The position numbers and the translations under genes are program-made. Source: Candidatus Latescibacterota bacterium (GTDB lineage: Bacteria; Latescibacterota; UBA2968; UBA8231). From it: a stretch of 64,000 nucleotides of DNA. Each line of letters starts with the position of its first letter. Position 1 is the stretch's first letter. The stretch covers positions 992,001 to 1,056,000 of the forward strand of contig OZ252098.1 of assembly GCA_965248355.1 (NCBI GenBank), read 5' to 3'. The notes below the pieces were generated by a model that worked only from the letters and a program-made list of their open reading frames with translations, had not been told where the DNA came from and ran no database searches. Shown here in pieces: positions 36,845-47,034 of the stretch.

Positions 36845-38239
36845 CTACATAGGGCCTGCCCAGCGCCAGTACAGCACGTTCAGCGGTGCCAGCAGGAGCA
36901 GGGACAGCGAGGAAATCAGGAACATGGAGGTGGCCAGCTGGCGGGGGGTAAGGGTGCCGTACCCGAGGGCGACCATGAACGGAGCCGACTGGTAGGGAAG
37001 GAAGGCCACCGTCGTGGCCATGGCCACGCTCAGGGCGCTGGCCAGCGGCCCGAGCCCTGCCCTCGATCCCACCTCGAGGAGGCTGGGTGTGGCCACGGCC
37101 CCCACGGCGGCGATGTCCATCAGGAAATCGAGGGGCACGGCCGCGGCGGTCAGCCTCAGGTGCGGATCGAGCCAACCTCCGGCCACCCCGCCCAGGAGGT
37201 CGATCACTCCCGACAGCAGGCGCCCGCTGAAGCCCGTTTCATCGAGGACGGCGCCGATTCCGAAGAGGGCCGCCAGATAGAAGAAGAAGGGGAAGTCCAC
37301 CTGGCGCAGACGCTGCGGCGCCAGGATCCCCAGGCCCGGCGTGACGGCCACGAGGACGAGTCCGAGGCCGACGAGTACCGGAGGGAAGCCGTGGACCACG
37401 TCGCTGGCCCACAGGGCGACGCCCACCAGCATCAGGAACAGGGCGCGTCGCTGTTGCGGGTTGGAGACGTGGGGGGGCGACGCCGGTCCCTGCGCGGGGA
37501 GGGGCCGCAGGCGCCGACCCCAGAGCACCCAGATCACGGCCGCGCACAAGAGGGTGCGCAGCGCCCCGATGACGGGGAACATCCAGAGCAGCCATTCGCC
37601 CCAGTAGACGACGCGGCCCGTGACGGCTTCCAACTGGCCCGCCACGATGATGTTCGGCACGGTGCCCGTGAGGATGCCGGCACCGCCGTAGTACGTGCCG
37701 TACAGGATCGACAGGGTCACGACCGGAGGCAGTGCGGGATCCTCGCCCTCGGGGTCGAGAGCGCGGATCAGGGCGGTTGCAACCGGCATCAGCAGCAGGA
37801 CGCGCACCACGCCGGAAGGAACGAGGAAGGCGGCCATCAGGCCGAGAGCGTGCAGACCGAGGAGCAGTTGCAGGCGGCCTCCGGCCAGCACGGGAAGGGA
37901 CGCCCTCGCGAGTCGATCTCCGAGGCCGCTCGCCGAGACCATCAGACTGAGGACCATCCCGGAGAACACGAGCCAGATGGTGGACCCCGCGAATGGCGCG
38001 AAAGTCTGGCCGAAGTCGAGCAGGCCGCTCCCCGGAAGCAGCACCAGCACGGCGAGCGAGGTCCAGGAAATCGGTACGGGCTGAGCCGTCCACAGGAGCA
38101 GGGCGAAGAGAGTGATCCCGAGGGCCCGCTGCTGCGCTGCCGGCAGCCATTCCAGGGGCGCCAGGAATCCGGCCGCCAGAAGGACCACCGCCGCCGCGCC
38201 GATCCAGCGGGCCGCACCGGTCTCCGCCCGGGGGCCCAT
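36845..38239 (-). CDS. SLC13/DASS-family anion permease
   Basis: Highly hydrophobic; VPSGVVR, LTGTVPN, FLPYQSAP. Confidence 0.78.
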   Translation of the reverse strand: MGPRAETGAARWIGAAAVVLLAAGFLAPLEWLPAAQQRALGITLFALLLWTAQPVPISWTSLAVLVLLPGSGLLDFGQTFAPFAGSTIWLVFSGMVLSLMVSASGLGDRLARASLPVLAGGRLQLLLGLHALGLMAAFLVPSGVVRVLLLMPVATALIRALDPEGEDPALPPVVTLSILYGTYYGGAGILTGTVPNIIVAGQLEAVTGRVVYWGEWLLWMFPVIGALRTLLCAAVIWVLWGRRLRPLPAQGPASPPHVSNPQQRRALFLMLVGVALWASDVVHGFPPVLVGLGLVLVAVTPGLGILAPQRLRQVDFPFFFYLAALFGIGAVLDETGFSGRLLSGVIDLLGGVAGGWLDPHLRLTAAAVPLDFLMDIAAVGAVATPSLLEVGSRAGLGPLASALSVAMATTVAFLPYQSAPFMVALGYGTLTPRQLATSMFLISSLSLLLLAPLNVLYWRWAGPM

Positions 38240-38297
38240 CAGCACCCGGGTCCGGGGGCCTGCCGCTCGAACCGGTTCCCGGTGGCTCCCACGCTTG

Positions 38298-39605
38298 TCA
38301 GTCCAGGGCGAACAGGCTGAGGGCGGGGACGTAGGTGATGACCAGCAGACAGACCAGCAGGATCAGCAGGAAAGGCAGGGAGGCCCGGTAGAGACTGAGG
38401 ATGGGGCGCTCGAAACGGGCGCTGGCGATGAACAGGTTCAGCCCCACCGGCGGAGTGGAGTAGCCGATCTCCAGGTTCGCCAGGAAGATGATTCCGAGAT
38501 GCACGGGGTGGATGTCGTAGGCCGCGGCGACCGGGAGAATCAGGGGAACGACGACGACGAGGGCGGAGAACATGTCGATCATGCAGCCCACGGCGAGGAG
38601 AAACAGGTTCAGCAGGATCAGGAAGACGAGTCGGCTCTCGATCCCTTCCTGAACGGTCCCCAGCAGGCGGGCGGGGATCTCGGCGTCGATCAGATAGGAG
38701 GTGTAGGCCATCGAGGCGGCTAGGATCAGGTAGATGCCGCCCACGAGGACCATCGTCTCCCGGATGATTCCCGGGAGCTGGGCGGGCCGGATCTCGCGGC
38801 GCACGACCATCTCCACCACGACCACGTACATGGCGCTCAGGGCGGCGGCCTCGCTGACGGCGATGAACCCGGAGTAGATGCCCCCGATCACGGCTGCGGG
38901 GAGCAGCAGCTCCCAGGCCGCGTCGAGGCAGGCGGAGACCGCTTCGGAAGGGGCCCCTACCGAACGGTTCCCCTGGACTTCCCCCGTCGGCTGTCCGCCG
39001 TCGGGCGAGACGGGGGTGCGGCCCACGCGCCGGCCCACGACGAGGCCGTACCCCGCGAGGGCCAGGACCAGCAGCAGTCCGGGCGCCAGGCCGGCGATGA
39101 ACAGCTGATCGATGGGTGTCTCGGAGACGATGCCGTAGAGGATCAGGGGAATGCTCGGCGGGAACAGCAGTCCCAGGCTCCCGGAGGTCGTCAGCAGCCC
39201 GAGGGAGAAGGACTCGGGGTAACGGCCTTGTTGCAGGGCGGGGAACAGCAGCCCGCCCACCGCGATGATCGTCATCCCCGAGGCGCCGGTAAAGGCGGTC
39301 AGCAGGGCGCATAGCGAGAGGGCCATGATCGCCAGCCCTCCCGGCAGCCACCAGAGGAGCGCCTCCGACAGCCGGACGAGACGTCGGGCCGCTCCGCTCT
39401 CGGCCAGCAGAAAACCGCTGAAGGCGAACAGGGGTATCGCCGTCAAGGCCGGTTCATCGGCAAGACGGTACATCTCGATGAACAGCACGGTCAGGTCGAC
39501 GCCGTCGGAGGCGAAGGCGATCAGGGCCAGGACCGCGATCACCACGAACAAAGGCGTCCCGACCGCTACGAGCAGGAGTCCCGTCAGGGAGGTCAGGGAG
39601 GACAC
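38298..39605 (-). CDS. TRAP transporter large permease DctM
   Basis: AIPLF, LPGGLA, TGASG, GLLFPPSIPLILY, GYSTPPVGLNLF. Confidence 0.93.
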   Translation of the reverse strand: MSSLTSLTGLLLVAVGTPLFVVIAVLALIAFASDGVDLTVLFIEMYRLADEPALTAIPLFAFSGFLLAESGAARRLVRLSEALLWWLPGGLAIMALSLCALLTAFTGASGMTIIAVGGLLFPALQQGRYPESFSLGLLTTSGSLGLLFPPSIPLILYGIVSETPIDQLFIAGLAPGLLLVLALAGYGLVVGRRVGRTPVSPDGGQPTGEVQGNRSVGAPSEAVSACLDAAWELLLPAAVIGGIYSGFIAVSEAAALSAMYVVVVEMVVRREIRPAQLPGIIRETMVLVGGIYLILAASMAYTSYLIDAEIPARLLGTVQEGIESRLVFLILLNLFLLAVGCMIDMFSALVVVVPLILPVAAAYDIHPVHLGIIFLANLEIGYSTPPVGLNLFIASARFERPILSLYRASLPFLLILLVCLLVITYVPALSLFALD

Positions 39606-39606
39606 G

Positions 39607-40095
39607 TCATTCGGGCTCTGAGCCCCGCAGCCTTCGCCAGCCGTTGATCAGGAAGCGCAGGCCCATGCCGGCGAACACGAAGGGAAAGACGAGCTGGGCG
39701 ACCCAGGCCGGCATGCCGGGGAAGGCCTCGGCTCCGTAGGCCCGCTCGTCGAGGACGAAGCGCAGGGCGATGGGGGCCAGGATCCCGCAGAGGACGGCAC
39801 CGGTCAGGTCACCGAGGGCACCTGCGGTACGCTGCCAGCGGGAGGGGAGCAGACGCAACACCGCGTCGATGCGGATGTGCCGGTCCTGTCGGGTCGCGAT
39901 CAAGGCGCCGAGAAAGCTGGACCAGAGAACGAGGTGACGCAGCAGCGGATCGGCCCAGAACCAGGTCACCTGGAACAGATTGCGCATCAGGATCTGCGCG
40001 AAGGCGAGACCGAGGAGGCAGGCCACGAGGGCGACGAGAACCGCCTCCTCGGCGCGTAGATGGAGGGGCCGGCGCGCCGGGCCGGGGTTCTTCAT
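39607..40095 (-). CDS. TRAP transporter small permease DctQ
   Basis: Four TM helices, QILMRN, WSSFLGA, RHIRID; ATGA overlap with dctP. Confidence 0.88.
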   Translation of the reverse strand: MKNPGPARRPLHLRAEEAVLVALVACLLGLAFAQILMRNLFQVTWFWADPLLRHLVLWSSFLGALIATRQDRHIRIDAVLRLLPSRWQRTAGALGDLTGAVLCGILAPIALRFVLDERAYGAEAFPGMPAWVAQLVFPFVFAGMGLRFLINGWRRLRGSEPE

Positions 40096-41141
40096 CCCCC
40101 GTCCTGCCGCCGGAACTCCGCCAGGTGTCGCAGGATCTTCTCGTACACGGGTGCGGAGAAGGCACCGCCCACGAGCTCGGCCTTCGACTCCTCGACCAGG
40201 GACCGGAAGGACGCGACCTCGGCCTCTGACGGCGTGACCGGCTGCAGGCCCTCCGCCCGCATCACCCGCAAGGCTTCCTCGTTGTCGCCGCGCCCTCGCA
40301 GATTGTGCTCGTGGATGCGGGTGGCGGCGATGCCCGTGAGGAGCTCCTGGTGCTCCGCGGACAGAGCGTCGAAGTACTTGCGATGCAGGACGAAAGCGCC
40401 AAGGGTGTAGTTGATCGGCAGATCGGTGTAGTATCGAACCCGCGTGAACCACTGAAGGAGGATGGCCGCCGCCGGAGAGGCGTAGACCACGTCCACGAGG
40501 TTCGTCTGCAAGCCGAGCAGCACGTCCGGAATCGACAGGGGAACCGAAGTGACGCCCGCCTTCTCGAAGAGCACCTCGGTGATCGGCTCACCCTGCAATC
40601 TCCAGACCTTCGGACCCCGGAGATCTCCGGTACCTCGAACCGGCTCCCTTGACAGCAGGTGCACGAAGCCGATGTCGGCCCAGCCGAGGAGGACGTATCC
40701 CTGCTCGAGAAAGAGGGCCTGGAAGTCATCTTCCGTCTGTGTCAGGACGTAGTCGATCTCCTCGTAGCGATCGAACAGAAAGGGCATTTCCAGGGCGAGC
40801 ACCTCCCGGCAGACGCGGCTCACGCCGGTGCCCCCGAGGGCGGCGCCCTGAAGCTGGCCGATACGGATCTTGCGCAGCATCACCTCTTCGTCGCCCTGCA
40901 CCCCTCCCGGATAGATGCGCAGCCCCAGGCCGTCGCTTGTGGCGGCTCTCAGGTCTGCGTCCATCTCGCGCAGCGCCCGGGTCCAGCCGCTGCCTTCGGG
41001 CGCGAGGGTGGCGAGCTTGAGAATCGTGGCCCCTTCCGCCGGGGGCGGCCCCGGAACGGCCAGGGCCAGGCTCGCGGCCAGGGCCGCCAGCAGCTCCCGC
41101 AGGGACCGCCGCCGCTCTGGGAGGACTTCAGAAGTAGTCAT
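40092..41141 (-). CDS. TRAP solute-binding protein DctP (TatP-like)
   Basis: KLATLAPEGSGW, YPGGVQGDE, KIRIGQL, LQTNLVD. Confidence 0.9.
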   Translation of the reverse strand: MTTSEVLPERRRSLRELLAALAASLALAVPGPPPAEGATILKLATLAPEGSGWTRALREMDADLRAATSDGLGLRIYPGGVQGDEEVMLRKIRIGQLQGAALGGTGVSRVCREVLALEMPFLFDRYEEIDYVLTQTEDDFQALFLEQGYVLLGWADIGFVHLLSREPVRGTGDLRGPKVWRLQGEPITEVLFEKAGVTSVPLSIPDVLLGLQTNLVDVVYASPAAAILLQWFTRVRYYTDLPINYTLGAFVLHRKYFDALSAEHQELLTGIAATRIHEHNLRGRGDNEEALRVMRAEGLQPVTPSEAEVASFRSLVEESKAELVGGAFSAPVYEKILRHLAEFRRQDGG

Positions 41142-41994
41142 CGATTCCATCCAGGAGGCGGCGGGCCTGGCGTTGGGCGGCCGCGTTCTGCAGGGTGAGC
41201 TCCGGCACCTCGTCGACGGGGCGATGGAGGACCTCCAGCAGCAATTCCTCGTAGAGCTGTCGGTCGAAGATCTGCCGTGCGTAGTAGCGGGCCATCTGGA
41301 CCAGCACCATCAGGTCCTTCCGTTCACTGAGCTCGAGAGCCCGGGCGAAGTGCCCGAGCGAACGCTCCGGATCGCCGCCCAGCATCGGCGGCCGAGCGGC
41401 GTGATAGATGCCCAGGAAGACGTGAGGACCGCCCCCTCGGTAGGCTTCGTTCCGCTCGAGAGCCCACTCCATCAGATAGATGACCCTCGGGAGCTGGGCC
41501 AGTGCCGCCATCGACTCCAGATGGGTGCCGATCCAGGCGCCCCAGGCGCTGGCGGTCCAGAAGACCCAGGGCAGATCGTCCTCCCTCAGATGCCGGTCCA
41601 GCAGGGAGAACTCTACGAATGGCGCCTCCCGCAGCCCTTCGAGCGCCGGCCTTCGCGCCACGAGACCATCCCATCCATAGTCCCTGGCGCGGCGGTACAG
41701 GCGGCCGGCCCTGGGCGCGTCGTCCAGCTCGATCAACGCCGCATAGGCGGTGTAGCCCTCGGCGGCCGCCAGCAGAAGCTCGTCGTCGTCCGGGTCGGCC
41801 TCTATGAGACCTTCGAGGAGCACCAGAAAGGTGGGCACCGCCTGGGCCACGAGATCGATGTCGTCGTGCCGGGCGGACGCCGCCGCCACCTGTTCTCTCA
41901 GGCTGCCCATGGCGGCGGATCGGAGGTATCCGCAGGAAGAGGCCAAGCCACAGATGAGGATGGCGCAGAGCAGGAATCGCTCCTGGCGGCGCAT
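41128..41994 (-). CDS. TRAP transporter TatT component (helical-repeat lipoprotein)
   Basis: Lipobox LASS-C; LEGLI..P, YTAYA, LYRRARDYG, FWTA..W, PPMLGG, LQNAAAQRQA; directly upstream of dctP. Confidence 0.85.
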   Translation of the reverse strand: MRRQERFLLCAILICGLASSCGYLRSAAMGSLREQVAAASARHDDIDLVAQAVPTFLVLLEGLIEADPDDDELLLAAAEGYTAYAALIELDDAPRAGRLYRRARDYGWDGLVARRPALEGLREAPFVEFSLLDRHLREDDLPWVFWTASAWGAWIGTHLESMAALAQLPRVIYLMEWALERNEAYRGGGPHVFLGIYHAARPPMLGGDPERSLGHFARALELSERKDLMVLVQMARYYARQIFDRQLYEELLLEVLHRPVDEVPELTLQNAAAQRQARRLLDGIDDYF

Positions 41995-42096
41995 GATCGG
42001 ATCTCTGCGAAGCGGGGGTACGATCAGGAAGAGGGAAGTGCGGAATGGTGCTTCGATTCTCGCGCAAGCCATAATATCAGCAGCATCGGAAGATCG

Positions 42097-43149
42097 TCAA
42101 GGAACCTGGCTCTGCTGCACGCAACTCCACGGATCGCCCGTGTGGGCGCACGCCGCCAGTGCGGCGACCGTGGCCGGCAGATCTCCCTGGAACCGGGCAA
42201 GGACGGCCTCGAAGTCCGCTTGCCGGCTGTGATAGCGCCGATAGGACAACAGCAAGGCGTTGTTCGGTTCCCAGTCGAGGAATCCGTCGTAGCGAGGGCC
42301 GAAGTCGCCCCGGTTCCTCCGGTAGTCCCCCTTGGCCTGCCGGAACAGGTCGCGCCGCTTCCGAAGGACCTGATCCAGGCTGTCCCCGGCGCTGTACAGG
42401 CTGTCGAGGCGCGCCGCTACTCCCTGGACGAACGCGGTGAACCGGTCCGCCTCGCGCCGTCGACGACGGGACCGGCGGACCTCGGCGGAGTCCGCTCCGT
42501 AGCGCTCGGTGAGATACCTCAGCGTACCCACCCGTCCCACGAAGGTGGCGGCGTTCTCGTTGTAGTCGGCGTGTCCCTCGGCGTAGATGTCGGAGTGGGT
42601 CAACTCGTGCAGGATCAGCTCGGCGAGGCGGTCCTCGGAAGAACCGACCATGGTGCTCAGCACCGGGTCTTCGAGATAGCCGAGGGTGCTGTAGGCGGAC
42701 ACGGACCGGACGATGGCGTCATACCCCTCGGAGCTCAGACGATCCCGTTCCACCCTGGCGCGGTCCACGTCGAAGTAACCCTTGTACGGCAATTCGCCGA
42801 GGACGGGGAACCGCCAGAGGAAGGGCTCGAACCGGTGGGACGGGGAGGCGGAGACGTTCCAGGCCACGGGACCACCCCCGGTGTCGAAATAGCGGGTGTA
42901 TCCCTGGGAGGCCGTCAGTCCGACGCTCTCGCGGCCGAAGCGGCGCAACTCGCCGACGCGCTCGAGAGCGGCTCGGACCTCGAGTGGGGTCGAGGGCTCC
43001 GCCAGTACCTCGCCCACCGCCTGGCTGGTGAGCAGGATACGGCCCTGGCCCCGGGCGAGATGCAGGTAGTAGTCGAGCTCACCGCACGCCGACAGCAGCG
43101 GCAGCAACGCGGCGAGGGCCAGCCTCAGGTGGCGGTCGCTCAGGGGCAC
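42097..43149 (-). CDS. Putative zinc aminopeptidase lipoprotein (DUF2265-like)
   Basis: Lipobox LSA-C; W.FPV.G..PYKGYF, AYSTLG, HELTH...NENAA gluzincin motif. Confidence 0.83.
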   Translation of the reverse strand: MPLSDRHLRLALAALLPLLSACGELDYYLHLARGQGRILLTSQAVGEVLAEPSTPLEVRAALERVGELRRFGRESVGLTASQGYTRYFDTGGGPVAWNVSASPSHRFEPFLWRFPVLGELPYKGYFDVDRARVERDRLSSEGYDAIVRSVSAYSTLGYLEDPVLSTMVGSSEDRLAELILHELTHSDIYAEGHADYNENAATFVGRVGTLRYLTERYGADSAEVRRSRRRRREADRFTAFVQGVAARLDSLYSAGDSLDQVLRKRRDLFRQAKGDYRRNRGDFGPRYDGFLDWEPNNALLLSYRRYHSRQADFEAVLARFQGDLPATVAALAACAHTGDPWSCVQQSQVP

Positions 43150-43300
43150 GGTCCGGTCCAACCCGCCCCATCCCCTGGCCCTTCTCGCCCAAGGAGCGGT
43201 ACGCCTTCTCTCGGTCACCCGGGGCAGCCGCCGTGACGTGAGATACGGGAGTTCTCCACCGGATCGGGTCGCCTTCCGAAAGGCTGCGCCCCGGGCAGCA

Positions 43301-44065
43301 CTACAGGCGAGCTCGGGCCTGCTCAAGCCCTCGCAGGGCGAGCTCGGACCGCGGAGCGACGATCAGAGCCTTCTCGTACTGGGCCGCGGCCTCGAGCCAG
43401 CGGGATTCCTCTGCCAACAGAGCGCCGAGCCCGAGGTAGGCGTCGAGCGCGTTGATGTTGATCTCGAGGGCCTGCTCGAATGCCTGGCGGGCGCCATCGG
43501 TGTCGCCCGCACTCGACAGCGCCTTGCCGAGGAGGATGGAGCTCTCCGAGTAGTGGGGATTGGCGGCCACTGCGCGCTGGAAGCAGGCGATGGCACTGTC
43601 CTGACGGCCTTCCGCCAGGGCCAGCTCTCCGAGCCGGAGGAGGGCCAGGGGGTGGTGCGGCATGACGCCGTGAGCCTGACCGAAGGCGGACCGGGCGCGA
43701 TCGGGACGATCCTTGGCGAGCCACTCGAGTCCCCGGCTGTAGTGGATGAAGAACGCCCGTCCCCGGTACTGCTCGGCGAGCTCGGACAACCCCTTCGCCT
43801 CGTAGACGCCGGCCAGACCGGTGATGGCCTCGACGCTCGAGCTGTCCTGCCGCAAAGCTCTGCGGAACCCCTCGGTAGCGCGATCGAGCCTGGCCGCCGC
43901 CCGCTGGGCCTGGGCCCACGCCAGCAATTCGGCGATCCCGGCCTCGGCGGGCATCTCGTCGGATGGGCCGCAGAACGAGAAGAGGCACGCAACCGCCATG
44001 AGGAGCGCGATGCCCGGCAACCGCCGGGAAAGGCAGGGGGGGTATTGCCGTCGGGAAGGACTCAC
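43301..44065 (-). CDS. Tetratricopeptide repeat protein
   Basis: Repeated A..F..AL..dP...A...LG helices; N-terminal hydrophobic segment. Confidence 0.82.
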   Translation of the reverse strand: MSPSRRQYPPCLSRRLPGIALLMAVACLFSFCGPSDEMPAEAGIAELLAWAQAQRAAARLDRATEGFRRALRQDSSSVEAITGLAGVYEAKGLSELAEQYRGRAFFIHYSRGLEWLAKDRPDRARSAFGQAHGVMPHHPLALLRLGELALAEGRQDSAIACFQRAVAANPHYSESSILLGKALSSAGDTDGARQAFEQALEININALDAYLGLGALLAEESRWLEAAAQYEKALIVAPRSELALRGLEQARARL

Positions 44066-44559
44066 TTCCGTGGAGGTGTCACGGTCGTGCCGTCGTAGAT
44101 GACCTCGCCGTTCCGGTCGAGGATCCGGCCGTCTTCGGTGAACTCGTACTTCATCGCCTGACCCAGAGTCAGGTGCCGTTGCACTTCCTCTGGATCCCGG
44201 TACTTCTCTATCAGCTTCTCGATGGGACCCTCGAACTCGGTGGCCTGGTACTTGGGGCGATCCTTGTCTCTTGCCTTGCGTTCCTCCGCGGTCATGATCG
44301 GCAGGCGCTCCGCCGCCGGCGTGGTGCGGCCTCCCATGGCCTGCCGGCGGCGGTACTCCTCATGCCGCTTCTCCGACTCGGAAAGCATCTGTTCCGGCAG
44401 GGAGCCCAGTCCGGTCCCGCGCTCCAGCGGGGAAGAGGCCTCGTTTTCCTGCTTGCGCTGCGCCTCCTCCACCTCGCGGGCGAATCTCTGCTCGCGCTCC
44501 TGCTCCAGGTCGATGTCCGTGCCGAGCTTGCGCAGCACGTTCTTGGCCGCTCTGTTCAT
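44062..44559 (-). CDS. Hypothetical charged protein
   Basis: GGAG RBS, E/R/K-rich ORF whose stop overlaps the TPR start. Confidence 0.6.
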   Translation of the reverse strand: MNRAAKNVLRKLGTDIDLEQEREQRFAREVEEAQRKQENEASSPLERGTGLGSLPEQMLSESEKRHEEYRRRQAMGGRTTPAAERLPIMTAEERKARDKDRPKYQATEFEGPIEKLIEKYRDPEEVQRHLTLGQAMKYEFTEDGRILDRNGEVIYDGTTVTPPRK

Positions 44560-44714
44560 CGTCGCCGATCTCCGTACGCGGGGGATCATGGTCCCGAGGA
44601 ATATAAGGCCCGGTCCATTCTTCAGAAAGCCGCTCCTTGTGGACAGACCCGCCCCGGCACCGCTATCTTCCCCGGATGTTTTTACGGACATCGATTCGAG
44701 CCGAGCGAAGCTGA

Positions 44715-45734
44715 ATGGCGTTCATATCGAGGTTCTTCTCGAACGACATCGGCATCGATCTGGGTACGGCCAACACCTTGATCTACGTGAAGGGCGAAGG
44801 GATCGTACTCAACGAGCCTTCCATCGTCGCTCGTCAGGTGATGACGAAGAAGGTTATCGCCGTGGGCCACGAAGCGAAGGAGATGATGGGACGGGAGAAC
44901 TCGGAGATCGAGACGATCCGGCCCCTCAAGGACGGGGTCATCGCCGATTTCGAGGTTACCGAGGAGATGATCCGCTCCTTCATCCGCATGGGAATGAGGA
45001 ATCGCTTGTTCGTGCGGCCCCGGATCGTCGTCTCCGTGCCTTCCGGCAGTACCGAGGTTGAGAGACGCGCCGTCCGCAATTCCTGCGAACGCGTCGGCGC
45101 CCGGCAGGTTCATCTCGTGAGCGAGCCCATGGCGGCTGCCATCGGCATCGGCCTGCCAGTGGAGCAGGCCGTAGGGTCGATGGTCATCGATGTCGGCGGC
45201 GGGACCACGGAGATCGCCGTCATCGCCCTGTCCGGAGTGGTTGCCGCCGAGTCGATCCGGGTCGCCGGCGACGAGATGGACCGGGCTATCACCGAGTGGG
45301 TGAGGAAGAAATACAACTTGCTCATCGGCCCTCGATACGCAGAGCAGTTGAAGTTCCAGATCGGCTGCGCCATGCCTCTGGATCCCGAGGAAGAGGCCCT
45401 CGTGCGAGGCCGGGATCTCGTCGAGGCCATCCCGAAGACCCTGATGGTCGACTCCCGGGAGATCCGCGAGGCCCTGTCCGATCCGGTGGCCCAGATCGTC
45501 GCCGGTGTCCGGCGTGGGCTGGAACGCACACCTCCCGAGTTGGCGGCCGATATCCTCGACCGGGGCATGGTCCTGTCGGGCGGCGGTGGCAAGCTGCGGG
45601 GGCTGCGAGAACGCCTGATTGAGGCAACCAGCCTGCCCACCTACCTCGATGACGAAGATCCGCTGTCGGCGGTCGTCCGCGGCAACGCCCGCGTTCTCGA
45701 CGAATTCGAGCGCTATCAGAAGGTCCTCTACTGA
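44715..45734 (+). CDS. mreB: Rod shape-determining protein MreB
   Basis: GIDLGTANT, PLKDGVIADF, EPMAAAIG, DVGGGTTE, TPPELAADI. Confidence 0.97.
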   Translation: MAFISRFFSNDIGIDLGTANTLIYVKGEGIVLNEPSIVARQVMTKKVIAVGHEAKEMMGRENSEIETIRPLKDGVIADFEVTEEMIRSFIRMGMRNRLFVRPRIVVSVPSGSTEVERRAVRNSCERVGARQVHLVSEPMAAAIGIGLPVEQAVGSMVIDVGGGTTEIAVIALSGVVAAESIRVAGDEMDRAITEWVRKKYNLLIGPRYAEQLKFQIGCAMPLDPEEEALVRGRDLVEAIPKTLMVDSREIREALSDPVAQIVAGVRRGLERTPPELAADILDRGMVLSGGGGKLRGLRERLIEATSLPTYLDDEDPLSAVVRGNARVLDEFERYQKVLY

Positions 45735-45763
45735 GCCCTGCCCCACGCCCGGACGGGTCATTC

Positions 45764-46546
45764 GTGCTCCAGCGCCACCGTGAGTACCTCTGTTTCGGCT
45801 TGGTGGTGGTGGCCGCCGGCATGTTGTTGGGAATGCCTCCCGCCCAGCAGGAGAGAGTCGCCCGAGGCCTGCGAGCCGCGTCCTGGGGAGCCGGGCAGTG
45901 GGTGTTCTCGCGAATCATCCGTTTCGCCCGGAACCAGGAACAGTCCAGGTACCTCCTGACGCAGAACGTGCAGTTGGCCCTGGAGAACATGCGCCTCCGG
46001 GAGTCGGCCGAGGAAACCCTCCGTCTGCGCCAGGCCTTGCAGTTTCGGGAGCGCAGCCAGATTGGCGAACTGACGCCCGCGGAGGTGATCGGCCGGGACC
46101 CCGATCAGGGACTCGGTGTGCTGATCATCAATGGCGGCCGGGATCTGGGCTTGCACGAGGACTGGCCAGTGGTCACTACGGAGGGTCTGGTGGGGCACCT
46201 CCAGCAGGTCGACGCCCACAGCGCCGTGGTGCGTCTGATCCTTGATGCAAGGGTGGCCGCCCTGATCCACGGCAGCCGGGCTCAGGGTATCGTCTCCCCG
46301 GTCCGGGGGAACCTCTTCGAGCTCGGCTATGTGGACGCCAGCAAGTCCGTAGCGGAAGGCGACCGAGTCGTCTCGTCGGGCATGGGGGGGAGATATCCGA
46401 AGGGGATTACAATTGGTTACGTAACCCAGGTCAGCCGGCGCGAGGACAACCCCCTCTTCAAGCAGATCCTGCTGGAATCGGGCGTCGACTTTCGGGGGCT
46501 GGAAGAGGTGTTCATCCTTCGTCCCGGTCCCGGGGAGGGTCGTTGA
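45764..46546 (+). CDS. mreC: Rod shape-determining protein MreC
   Basis: TM + coiled coil, AEVIGRD, GLVG, SSGMGGRYPKGI.IG, LEEVF. Confidence 0.92.
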   Translation: MLQRHREYLCFGLVVVAAGMLLGMPPAQQERVARGLRAASWGAGQWVFSRIIRFARNQEQSRYLLTQNVQLALENMRLRESAEETLRLRQALQFRERSQIGELTPAEVIGRDPDQGLGVLIINGGRDLGLHEDWPVVTTEGLVGHLQQVDAHSAVVRLILDARVAALIHGSRAQGIVSPVRGNLFELGYVDASKSVAEGDRVVSSGMGGRYPKGITIGYVTQVSRREDNPLFKQILLESGVDFRGLEEVFILRPGPGEGR

Positions 46547-46571
46547 CAGCCCCCTGGGCGGTGGTTATTAT
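46543..46571 (+). promoter_or_regulatory. sigma70-type promoter for HU/tRNA operon overlapping mreC stop
   Basis: TTGACA-17 bp-TATTAT. Confidence 0.7.
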
Positions 46572-46701
46572 GCAGATGGCCATCAGTTGCGTAAGCGTCT
46601 GGCACACAAGCGGAAGCGTCGGGGGCGACTCCGCCGGATCAGACGCCGGATGGCTGGGTTGTTGCCGGCCGGGGTTCGACCGAGAACGAGAGGGGGCGGC
46701 C

Positions 46702-47034
46702 TTGACCAAGGCTGATATCGTCCGTCAGATCGCCCAAGGCACTGGGCTGACGAAAACCGACACGGGCGCAGTCGTCGATGGCTTCATTGAAGCTGTGGTC
46801 AAGGCTCTCCAACAGGGCGAGCACATCGAGATCCGGGGTTTCGGCACCTTTAAATCCGTCAGCCGAGCCCCCCGGACGGGGCGCAATCCACGAACCGGCG
46901 CCGAGGTCAAGATCTCTCGCCGCAAAGCCCCCGTCTTCAAACCATCCAAGGAACTGCGGGCTCGTGTCGGAGCCGACGGAAGTCCCAGAGGAGAGGACAA
47001 GGATGCCTTGTGGAAGGAAGAGAAAGCGGCATAA
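46702..47034 (+). CDS. hup: HU/IHF family DNA-binding protein
   Basis: TKADIV, IRGFGTF, RTGRNPRTG, PVFKPSKEL; TTG start. Confidence 0.93.
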   Translation: MTKADIVRQIAQGTGLTKTDTGAVVDGFIEAVVKALQQGEHIEIRGFGTFKSVSRAPRTGRNPRTGAEVKISRRKAPVFKPSKELRARVGADGSPRGEDKDALWKEEKAA

